Positions 44,256 through 56,000 of a stretch of 64,000 nucleotides of DNA are shown here, in pieces (position 1 is the stretch's first letter; every line of letters starts with the position of its first letter). The notes under the pieces are model-generated. The model saw nothing but the letters and a program-made list of their open reading frames with translations. It searched no databases and was not told where the DNA came from. The stretch is taken from the NCBI RefSeq assembly GCF_009834535.1, contig NC_045704.1, positions 16,864,001 through 16,928,000 on the forward strand. The letters run 5' to 3'. Source of the DNA: Camelus ferus. Taxonomy: Eukaryota. Position numbers and translations under genes: made by a program.

Positions 44256-45389
44256 CCCAGCGGGGGCCACCCTGCCGGCTGTGCGCCCAGCCCTTGTCTT
44301 ACCACACTTCCCTGGAACCCGCTCTCTTTTCACAGTCTTTCCTGGGAGTGTCCTGACTCAACTTCCTTCTAGACTGTTCTCAAACCCTCCACACACCCTA
44401 ACAATCCTCCCCCTGCCACCTTTCCCCGGTTCCCCCACAACCAGCAGGTAATGAGCCCTTAATCGCTGCCTCTAGGGGAGCTGATTGTAGCAGCTTTGTT
44501 AGTGTCACTTCCCCCCTCCCTGCTCTGTCATGGCCACTTAGTGATAATAAATCCTTCCCAACTGCAGACCTTGGCAGGAGTCATGGATCTCGTGGGGACC
44601 ACCCCTGTTCCTATTCTGGGGCCCAGGAGCCCAGGAGCCCAGCCCCTCATCCCCCAGCCCCTGCCCACTCCCCACACCTGGGACCAGGTAGCCAGTCTTG
44701 GCTGCCCCCTGAAAGAAAAAAGAAATGTCTTGGGAGGGCCCCATCCCAGGCCATGTGCCTAAGCAGAGGGGGACACACAGGGGACCAGGGACCTAGGTAA
44801 CTTTATTTATGCATACTTGAGTCCCCCAAACACAGGGGACTATCTGGTGGGACTGGTATTGAATTCTGCCTATGACCACATCTGTTCTCTGGGAGTGGAC
44901 TTATAGAAGTGAGATTTGGAGTCTGTGGCCCTAAACTGGGGATGATGGGAAGGCCCAGAGGCAATGACAGAGAGGGACAGAGAGACAGTTTCTGAGATAG
45001 AGAGGGGAAACTGAGACAGAGACAGTGATGGAGACAGAGTAAGTGAACTGAAGGACAGTGAAGGGACTGGGCATCGGCAAGAGACAGGAGGAAGAGAGAG
45101 AAAGGAAAAAAGGATACACAGAAAAACAGACATGGAGAGGCTGACCCCTGAGACTCTAGGGAAAACAGAGGAGTTGGGGAAATGACTGATGGCGATGCAG
45201 AAAGATCCAGATCCAGAGATGGGGAGAGAAGGCTCTGAGGGAGAAAGTGACAGAGAGGAGAGACAAATGGGAGGGAAAGACTCCAACGGAGAAAGGGAGA
45301 GACAGAGACAGAGAGAGGGACACGGACAGAAACACACACACACAGGCAAAGAAGAGAGGAAGACCAAGAGACACACAGAGACCGAAAAT

Positions 45390-47050
45390 AGAGTAGGTTG
45401 CTGCGCAGACTGAGGCGGACGCAGGGCCCCCAGCCTCGCCAGGGAGGTGTCGGCCCACGTCAGGCCGACGTGAGAAACCTGAAGCCCGCGCCCCGCCGGC
45501 GGACAGACGGACAAAGCCGGGAGAGGTCGGGCGGGGGCGGGGCGGGGCGGATGCCCGCGGGTCCCGGGCGGAGCGGGGAAAGGAGGGGCCACGANNNNNN
45601 NNNNNNNNNNNNNNNNNNNNNNNNNNNNNNNNNNNNNNNNNNNNNNNNNNNNNNNNNNNNNNNNNNNNNNNNNNNNNNNNNNNNNNNNNNNNNNNNNNNN
45701 NNNNNNNNNNNNNNNNNNNNNNNNNNNNNNNNNNNNNNNNNNNNNNNNNNNNNNNNNNNNNNNNNNNNNNNNNNNNNNNNNNNNNNNNNNNNNNNNNNCA
45801 TCAGGTACACCGTCCCCGGCCCCGCCCGGCCTCCCTCCCCTGGGCTGGAACGGGAAGTGGCGAGGAGGAGGGAGGGGGCTGGGTGCTGCCCGCAGTGGAG
45901 GGGCCTCCTCCCGGCCCCGCTGAGCCAGCAGCCGCCCATCCCTGGGCCTCAGTTTTCCCATCTGTCAAAGGGGACAAAGAGAGGAGAACTAATATTTGCC
46001 GAGTGCCCAGTAGGTGAGATGAGGGCTGTGAACTGGGGGTCAAGGCCTCCCAACTATCCGGCGGAGGACGGATGATCACTCCCACTGTACGGGTGGGGAA
46101 ATTGAGGCCCAGGGAGTAAAACCAACTCGTCCCAGGGCACACATATCGTGAGACCTAGAGGAGGTGGGATTTGAACTCGCAGGTGCTTTCCGCTAAGCGC
46201 CATCCTCTAACTTTGCATGCTTTAGAGCCACCCAAAAAGAAAAACGACAATAACAGCGCCATAGGCCGTTGTGAAGCTGAAAGTTGCAGAGCGCATTTGA
46301 AAGCGTTTTTTGGAAAAGTCCTTTTCTAGGCCATGAATTATATTCTGGGGGGTGGGTTGTGGGGAACAGAACAGGAGATCTTTCCCCATTGTACAGATGG
46401 GAAGACTGAGGTCCGGGGGGACGTAATTACTTTTTCCAGGTTCCACTGCATGTCAGATGGTAAGGTGTTCTCAAACCGAGGATTTTTGTTTTGCAGCCCC
46501 AGCGGAAAGTGTGCGGGGGTGGGGGTCAGTGCGAGGAGAATTAATGTACGAGCGTTGGGAATTCAAATGGTCCCAAATTAGGGTGGCTAGATTAGGGCAG
46601 GGAGCCCAGTCTAGGGGCTAAGGGCCGGGGCGACTCGTAGATCTCAAATTGAACCTGGGTCAGGGAGCTGGGACCATCCCTATCTCCTGCCTGGGGGCGG
46701 GGACTAGGGGGCGGGACCCAGGAGAGTGATGGGGGCAGTCGAGATACGGAAACGCCAGCCCTCCAAGGCAGGCCAGAGCGGCCCTATCTGGCCAGCGTGG
46801 CTCAGTGGAGAGCTAGAGCGGCCAGCAGGAGGAGTAGAGTTTCCTGGGCAAGAACTTGGCAGGAGCTGGGCTAGAGCGGCTAGAGGGAGCAGTGGAGCTG
46901 GACGCAAAGGTGGCCTGTGGGGCGGCTAGAGCGACTCGGAGGCGGGGGTGGGGGTGCCCAGAGCCGGCGCGCGGAGGCTTCGGTTCAACCGGCTGCGGTG
47001 CTTCTCCGACCTGGAGCAGGTGAGGGACGCGGCCCCCGGCGGGCGTCAGG
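45390..47050 (+). promoter_or_regulatory. ARHGEF1: ARHGEF1 CpG island with two alternative non-coding first exons (one ending at 45804, one at 47019)
   Basis: GGGCGG array at 45529-45550; donor CATCAG|GTACAC right after the N gap; second CpG block at 46700-47050 with donor GAGCAG|GTGAGG. Confidence 0.7.
45595..45798. other. Assembly gap (204 N)
   Basis: Run of N inside a GC-rich promoter. Confidence 1.
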
Positions 47051-50000
47051 CCCTGGCTCCGCACGTCCGCCCCAGCATCCCTGACCGTGCACACTGCCAC
47101 GTCCCCTGTAGGATTTGGGGCCCGTGTACACCCGCCACGTCCTACATGATTTGGGGCTCGTGTAGACCCTCTACGTTCCATGTAGATTACAAAGTTCTAC
47201 AGACCCTCCAGGTTCCTGCTAGCCCCCCTCCTCATGGAAATCCAGCTCCTTACGGACGAGGGGTTCCCATAGATCGATAGCATCCCCTGTCATCCAGGGC
47301 CTTGCAGATCCTGGATCTCGGGGACCCCCACACTCCCCTATAGAATTCTGATCCCCTTTTAAATCTCCAAAAGTCCCATAAACTAGCTATTTTCCCTATG
47401 GAATCCCCAGGATCCTTGTAGACCCACCATGTGTCAGATAGACTCTGGGACCTTATTTATTCAAAGGACCCCTTATGGACTCAGCTTAACAACTGTTTTA
47501 GGTTCTTTAAAACACCCAGAGATTCTTGGAGACCAAGGTCATCCACTCAATATCTTACAGACCCTGAGCCCCGCACAGAACCCAGGTGCCTGTGTAGTCC
47601 CTCACAGGTGCCTGCTCTGCTCTAGGACCCCGATCCCTAAGGACCTTATATACCTGCCCTCATCCCTACAGCCCCATGCATACAGCACCCCCTCTGCTGG
47701 ATCCCTAGCCTTGTCAGTTGCCTATAGATCCATCTGACCACTTCAACCTATAATTCCGTAGCTTTTGTGGGACCCTCTCACCCCCATCTTCTAAGTAGCA
47801 AACGTCCCCAGCCCCACCCCCAAAATCTCTGAGCCTAGGCCTCTGTGGAGCAGCCAAGTCCAATTTGCACTTCTGCCCAGGCCACAGGGCTTGCATACCC
47901 CTGACTCCCAGACACTGTGAAGAGACCTGATGTGTCTCACCTTTGGTTCAGATTTGTTTTCTAAGACTGGGGTGGGGATTCCCCATGCTCTGAGGCAGCA
48001 CATTCTGGGAGTTAAATGTATAAACTCTGGAGCCAGACTGCTAGGATCTGAATCCTGGCTCTGTCTCTTATGAGCTGTGCCTCAGTTTCCTTCTCTGTAA
48101 AATGAGGATAATACTAATAAGAAGACTGACTTCATGGGGTCACTGAGAGGATTAAGTGAGCAATACCTAGCAAGCAGTAATGCTGTGCCTGGCGTGGACT
48201 TAATGGCACTAAGTACACATCAAGTGTTAGCTGTTATTTCGTATCATTGTGACGAGGGATAAAGGAGATGACAACATATCAAGTGCATGATCCATGGCCT
48301 GCCTGGCACCTAAGCGTTTGCTCAGATAACATGTATCCTCTCCTTTGCCCCTTTGGAATCTCCCCTGCCTGTGTCGAACTTTTCCACCCCTGAGTGTGAT
48401 GAGCAGGGACCTGCCCCCCCCACCCCGTGTCCATGCTCATGCTTTCCAGCCCAGAAGTTGCAGCTGGTGGCCTGGTGAAGGTTTTCCATCTCGGATGGGA
48501 GTACTAATAGCACAAGGTGCCTGTGGTGATGAGGGTTCAGGGAGTTACTCCTCGAGACGCACTTAGAGCAGTACTGCAAGTGCTGTGAAAGTTCAGCTCT
48601 CATAATAAATAATTACGATTATTTTTACGCCTTGGTTTGCAAATTTATTTATGTGAACATTTAACAATGCTCAAATCTTAAATTACCCAAGCGTGGGTGT
48701 TGGACAGATACACTTAGTGAAAAAGGATAAAAATGAGGCCTGCTTGGGTGAACCCATAGGATGGTATTTGGACACTCCAGAAAGCATCATTGTTTAATGG
48801 TTGTAATCAGAATCACGGCTGCCATTTATTGAGTGCTAGGGAGGAGGCCTGCGGAAGAGGGAGAAGGGTGGGTCTTCAGCAACTGGAGTTATAAATAGCT
48901 TTGGGCTGTGGGGAGAACCCCCCCCACTGGTTCACCCCACCCCTGTTTCCACAGCTCCTTCCCGCCTGACACGGGCTCGAGTGGCGTTAGTCAGACTAAT
49001 TAAGGACACAGAAGATGTCGGTGGGAAGACGCAGGGAGAAGTGGAGACTCTGAGGGAGACGAGATGGGAGAGACAGCGAGAGATGAGAGAGAGAGAGGAG
49101 AGACAGCACATGAGACAGCGACTCGGACAGGTGCGGGGACGGTGGTGGCAGGACCCAGATGTGGGGAGGCAGAGGCAGAGACAGAGGGGGGAGATGGAGC
49201 AATAGAAGCAGGAGTGGGGTGTAGTGGCCGACGGGGGAGGCTGGGGAGGGAGGTGGGAGGGGACGCAAAGACAGCGACGGTGGGGAAAAGGAGACAGGTG
49301 TGAAGGAGAGAGAAAATGAAGAAATGGGGAAAAAAGGCAAATACATGAGGCAAACTCAAGGGAGAGACAGCCAGGGAGAGCTGGCTGGGGAAAGGCAAGC
49401 TGGCAGACAGACGGACGGACAGGTGGACGTAGGGAGAGGGAGATATTTGCACCTTGGGGATGAGCGGTCTGAGGACCACCCCATATTTTCTGGGACTGGA
49501 AGGCAGAAAGATGCCAGGTCCCTGAGGGAGGAAGGTTCAGAGCTTTGTTTTCTTATGTGGAGGGAGTTGGGGGTTGGGGGGTTTGCCGTTGTGATTTCCT
49601 GTCACAGGAAGTGGGGCTGGTGGGTTCAGAGGCAACATCCTGCCCCAAGCCTGTCACAGGTCAGAGGAGAGCCCCCCACACCCCAGTCATCTCCCTCCTG
49701 GCTCCCCATTAACCTTCCCAACTCTGCTTGCCTCCAGGCCCTGCCTCTCCAGGACCCGCCCCCAGCCCCCTCCTCCATTCGGGACCCAAAATTGCAGGCT
49801 CTCATGGCCACAGCTCTCAGGGACCCAGGCTCCTAGCCTCCAGCTTCCCACCACCACCACCACAAGGCCCCCTGTCCTTGGGCTCCCCGCCCTGGCTGGC
49901 CTCTGAAGGGCTCTTTGTCGCCACACAGAGGCCCCATTGAGCTGTGGAGGCCAGGGTGGGGGGGAGGCTGTTTACTCACCTTCGCACCTGGGCCAGGAAT

Positions 50001-50077
50001 CTGTGAGTAACCGCCCTCGGCGCCTCCTCCCCACCTCTAACCACGGCCCCTCCTCTTCCCCCAGCCCGGCAGAGCCC

Positions 50078-53000
50078 ATGGAAGCAGAAGACGCTGTCGC
50101 CCGAGGGGCGGTGAGTGGAGCAGGGGTGGTGACAGGACTTGGGGGCTGTGAGGTGGGGAACACCCTGGGTTGAAGCCATCCCTCCCCTTCCACAGGCCCC
50201 GGGGCCCCCCCGGCCTGGCCTGGTGCCCGTCAGCATCATCGGGGCTGAGGATGAGGATTTTGAAAACGAGCTGAAGACGGTGAGAGGGAGGTGGGATGGA
50301 AAAGCTTCTTTCTGTCCCAGGGGCCCCAGCCCTAAAGTCCATCCTCAGTGTCCCCTCAGGCCTTCTGTCCTGTTCTCCATCCTCAGATGCTGTCTCTGCC
50401 TCCTCTCACTGCCCATCTCTCTTTTCTTTAATCTTCCTGGTACCTACTTCCTCATCCCCCAACCCCATCCTCAAGGCCTCCCATCACAGTACAGACTCTC
50501 ACCTATTTACTCTAACCCCAACTTTTATTTCTGCCCCCACAACTGCAGCACAGATCCCCGTTCCATCTCTCCTGATTTCTGTCCTCATCACTCACCATTA
50601 TAACATGAAGTCTCGTCCATTTTCCCGCCCCTGACTGCCACTCTCACGGCAGAGACACTGTCAGCACCCCCACCTCCCAGCTTGGATCCATTGGGATGTG
50701 CCAGGAAAGAGAGAAGGTCAGTCCCAAAGACCTTCCTCTGCTCCCCGCTGTCTCACTCTCATCCCCGCCCCCAGAACCCAGAGGAGCAAAATAACCAGTT
50801 CCAGAGCCTGGAGCAGGTGAAACGGCGCCCGGCCCACCTCATGGCCCTCCTGCAGCACGTGGCCATGCAGTTCGAGCCAGCACCCCTGGTGAGGGCAGGG
50901 CTGGGTAGGCACGGGGAGGAGGGGGCTGGGACAGGCTGCAGTGTTCAGTGAGTTAGACCAGTGAGAATGAGCCGGGAGGGTCTGGAAGACAGATGTAGAA
51001 CACACAGCTTGAGAGCCAGGAAGCCAGCCATGTGAGCCAGACAATGTTGCAGGTGCCCAGGCTAAATCTCAGCATTCAGTGGGAACAGGCAGGGTCATGC
51101 AGAGCCACGAAGAATCCAGCAGCCTGGCGGAAACCATGCCCCCGCCCCCTTCCGGGCCCGTGGCAGTATCACCCATCAGTGACAGCGCCCTTTCCCACAG
51201 TCTCTTGAAATCAGATTCTCCGCGCAGCCTCAGCAGGTGCCACCAGTCAGTCCTTCGGGGCTGATGGTTGGGAGAGAGCCGTTAGCCTTCTCAGTTCTAG
51301 GCGGCACAGCAGGCTCTGGTCCAGAAATAAGAAAACCACTACAAGCTGCCCACGAGGCAGAGAGAATGTAACAGATGATCCGGAAGCCTTGTATCAGGCA
51401 GAAAATACCAAAGGTGTATGGATGCGGAGCCATGCCATCTGGAAAACCCCTACAGAGTCTAGAGAACCCAGCAGGTGACTTAGGGAGCAAGAAGCCACAG
51501 TGCTGGCTGGAGGGGACTCCGTGGACCAGGGTCCCATCCCAAGAAGACCCAGTGCAGCTCAGCGCAGGCTGGGAGCTGGGGTTATTCCAGGGTACTGTGT
51601 TGTACTGGAAACGCATAGCAGATCCCTCCAGAAAACAAGGAGACTGATGGAAGTGGCAGGGAGGGACACCTGGGGACCCAGAGAGAAGGGTGCATCGACT
51701 GACATCAAAGCTTCAGAAACTGGCAGCAAATCAGGAGAAAATTGCCTTCTTTCCAGAAGGGTGGCTGCCACCTCCCCTGGTGCTGGAGGCTCTGACCCTC
51801 TGGGCAGGCGGGGTCCCCCTGCTGAGCCTGAGGGTTCTAGAACTCTAGCTCCTGGAACTTAGCCCAGGGGTTGTGCTGACTGCAGTATCCCTTGTGGAAT
51901 GTGGAAACTGAGGCCTGGCAAGGGCCAGGGGTTTGGCTGAGGTGACCCTGATGACCTTTGGCATTTTGAGATTGGTCCTCATGCTGCTCTCACCTCATTG
52001 GCTGGGGAAGCGGCAGGGAGATAGTTGTGGTCCCCGGGGCTGTTTCCTGTTGGCCTCTCTTGGAGGTTTGCTTTATGGGGGGTGGGGAAGGGGCGAGCAT
52101 AGATGATAGGGGCAAGTCTTTAGCACACTGAGACCATGTCTCTTACCTGACGAGAGCCCCCAGAAGCCAGGACAGGTTGGAGGCCCCACAGCATTGCCAG
52201 CGTCACCTAGCACAGGGCTGCTGCACAGGCAGCCTCAGGGAATGCTTGATGAATGAGTGAGTGAGTCCCACTTGTCCATCTGTGTATGTACCCAGCCCCG
52301 CTGTGCACTGGGCCTTGTCTAGGATACAGATGAATCAGAACCTCCCGCCCTATCCCCCAACACTAACCTTCAAGTAACTCATGGAATTGCCAGGCAGTGG
52401 AGAACAGCAGACAGGCTGCCTGAAATCCAGTCCCAGCTTTGCTGCTTACTAGCCATGTGACCTTGAGCAAGCTCAGTTTTCTCATCTGTAAAATGGGATA
52501 ATGATAGTCCTCCCCCTGGTCAAACAGGTTAATGCATATAGAGGGTTTGGACAGCATCAGGTCTGCACCCAGCACTCGTGAGTGTAGCTGATGGTGGTGG
52601 TAGCAGCAGCATCAGGGAGGAGACAGACCACAGAGAACCATTTCACAGGAGAGAAAATTAGCTGCTGTGGTGGCCCCAGGAAGCTGTGAGAGAGGCAGGC
52701 GAGGGCCTGGTGTGGGGATGGTGGGCATCAGGGAGCACTTCCCAGACAGTGTGTGCCCCAAGGCTTTCCAAGGGGCACTGTGGTTCAGGTGGGGTGGGAG
52801 GGAGGGCTGTCACGCTCTGTCTCCCCCAGCTCTGCTGCCTGCATGCGGACATGCTCGGCCCACTGAGTCCCAAGGAGGCCAAGAAGGCCTTCACAGATTT
52901 CTACCACAGCTTCCTGGATAAGACTGCGGTGAGAGACACCTTCCAGGGGCCCCAGTATCCCCTCCTCTTAGCCCTGGACAGCCACCCTGCTCCTCTCTCC

Positions 53001-56000
53001 ACTGCTCCCTCCCCTCAGAGCACCGTCTGGGACCTGGGCTGCCATCCCATTGACCCCATCACTGCTCCCTTTGCTGCTGAGTCCTCCCCTCACTCCATTC
53101 TTTCTCCTGAACAGATTCTTCGGGTGCCGATCCCTCCCACTGTGGCCTTTGAACTTGGTAAGGACTTCGGGATGAGGGAGCAGTCTCTAGCAGGGGCCAA
53201 GAGCCCCAGAGAGGGAGGCCACATCCTCCTGCTCCCTGGACAGCAGAGATTCTTTCCTTCCTTCCTTGTGGCCACGGCAGCCAAGGAAGCATGGCTGTCG
53301 GAGTCCAAGGGTGGGAAGGGAGTCGGAGCCCAGGGAACTGGCCCCCATCCCCAGCCCCTGTCCCTGCAGACCGCACACGGCCTGACCTCCTCCCTGAGGA
53401 CGTCCAGCGACAGTTCGTGCATGAGGTGGTGCAGAAACAGCAGCCAGTTGTCAGCCAGCAGCTGGAGGACTTCCGCTCCAAGAAGCTCATGGGCATGACA
53501 CCCTGGGAGCAGGAGCTGGGCCAGCTGGGGGCCTGGGTTGGGCGAGACCGAGCGAGCTTCGAGGCCAGGGAGCGGCACCTGGCTGAGCGGCAGCTGACCC
53601 ACCTGGAGGAGATGCAGTGAGCGGGGGCCAGCCCCTCCCCAGCAAGGAACGCCCTCTGCTGTCTGCTTCCCTTCCGTTCCATTTCCGGGCTCTCCTCTGC
53701 CATTTCCGGTTCATTTCCTAGTGTTTAGGTTCTTCCTCTGACTTCTGGGCCCTAGCCCCAGCGTTTTAGTCCATCTGGTTTCGCGTCTTCCCTTCCCACC
53801 TCTGGGGTCCCTCCTAGTTTCTGGGTCTTGTCATCTGGTTCAGGCCTGAGGTTTGGATCCTGTTCTTGCAACTCCCATCAGCCCAGATGCGAGTCTATCC
53901 TCCTGTGATTGGCTTTCCCAGCTGCTTCGGCAGTCCCCTGTCTGCCTCTCCCGTCTCCCTGTCCCAGCTTTGAAGGGGGCAGCAATCCGGACATTGGTGC
54001 TGGGTGGACTAGGACCCCAGGCTTAGCAAATTTGTCACAAACTTCTCTCTTCTTACAGACACACCTTATCTGGCGATGAGGAAAAGAGGTGATGGAAACC
54101 GAGAGGCTGGGAGGGAGTTTAGGCTCCTGAGCCTGAGGGAGGAGGGGCTGGGGGCCTAGGGGTTGAGCCACATCCTTGGCTCCGTCCTTTAGAACCCTCT
54201 CTCTCCCCTTTCCTCAGAGATGCTCGGCAGGAAGTGGTTGTGGGGCTGGGGTGGGAAGTTAGCAGAGGGGAATCTGTGAGGGCGGCAGTGTACCTGCGTC
54301 CATTAGAGCGTGCACGGCTGTGCACGTCTGCACTTCGAGGTCCTCACCGTCCCCTCCCTGCAGTGCCGCTGTGGTCAACGCCATCAGCCTGTACATGCGC
54401 CACCTCGGAGTGCGGACTAAGAGTGGGGACAAAAAGTCGGGGAGGAATTTCTTCCGGAAAAAGGTGCTTCCCCAAGCGCCCAAACCTGGCCCTTTCCTCC
54501 CCAGAGACCCTCTGGGGAGCCTCGAGACTCTGCAACTCTGGGGTCTAATTCCTCTTAGTTGGCGTCTCAGCAATGTCCAGCCCCACCTCCCCCTAACCTT
54601 CCACAGGTGATTGGGAACCGGCGGTCGGATGAGCCCACCAAGACCAAAAAAGGACTGAGCAGCTTCCTGGATGCTGCCCGCTGGAACCGGGGAGAGCCCC
54701 AGGGTGAGGTGCCTGGCTTCGGCCCTGCCCCGACTTCCCGATGCATGCCGCCCCCACCTCATGGTCCCATCTCTCTTTTCAGCCCCGGATTTTCGACACC
54801 TCAAAGCCGAGGCTGATGGTAATGGTCCTGAAGCCAGAGCATCCATCCTGAGGACCTAAGAGGGGAGGGAGGAGGACCAATTGAGTCTGAGGGAGGACGG
54901 ACTGGCAGCTGGGACTCCTGGGTCTGAGAGCGGAGGAGGGGTGTCCTGGGTGAAGGGGAGGACGAGGCAGAGCCAGCATCTTGGATCCCTGGGTTGTTGT
55001 GGATTAGAGTCTCTGGACTCTTATTTCTCTCTTTTTCCCTCAATGTCTTCCCAGCTGAGAAGCCAGGCCTTACAGAACGGAAGGCGGGCCTGGGGGTGCC
55101 CTCCCGGGATCGGAATATCGGAGCATCAGGGCAGGACACCCCTGGAGTTTCTCTTCACCCTCTGCCTGGGGACAGCCCTGACCGGGAACCAGGTGAGAGT
55201 TTCCTGGGCCACCAGCAAAACCACTCCTTAGTCCTCTGCATGCCCCTCCCTGCTCCTGGAATAACCACCCCCTTCCCTCAGTTTACCCTTTTCACAGCTT
55301 TGCTGCCAGGCTCTGACCTCTATCCTGGTGACGTGTTTCCCCACCTCTTCGGACTACATTTCCCATCAGCCCCCACAGCTGAACCCCACAGGGTTTGTTT
55401 CCCAGAACCCTCTCTGTTGCCAGTCAGCCACTTAGTGAGCCCTGCTGCCCCCGTGAGCTTCATGCCTCAATCCTTGTGTGGCCCTCAGCCCGCTGGATCT
55501 CAGATAGTTACCTGGCCAGGCCTGGGTTCACATCCTGGCTCTGCACTTTACTTGGGTTAGAGCTTGGAAGTCACTCTCCTCTCTGAGCCTCAGAGAGGCT
55601 TGGGGAGGATTTGAGCGGTTAAGAGTGGACTCCAGGGTCAGCTGCCAGGGGTGAATCTCTGCCCCACCACTTACCGCTCTGTGATCCTGAGCAAACCCTT
55701 CCCACCTCTCTGGGCTTCATTGTTCATGTCTGTTAAATGGAGAAAATGATAGTACCTGCCTTAGGGTTGCTTGGAGGATGACAGGAGATAATTGATGGGA
55801 GGTACTTAGCTCACTGGGGGGGTCTAGGAAAGCTGTGGGAAGGGTCAGTGTTATTAAAGTTGAGGCCAGTGGGCTACAGAGAGATGCTCTAATCTATGTG
55901 GGCAGAACAAGGAATATGGCCCCCTCTGAGCCTCAGTCTCCTCATCTCTAAATGGGGTACATTCTCTTCCTACAAGTCTGGGTTGAGGATTGGGAGAGTG

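Noticed and set aside
44870-46075. 363-aa, 225-aa and 159-aa ORFs
   Set aside because: Artefacts of reading through N runs and GA/CT low-complexity sequence.
52686-53703. 270-aa plus and 214-aa minus ORFs
   Set aside because: They are read-through around real ARHGEF1 exons and their antisense shadow in GC-rich DNA.
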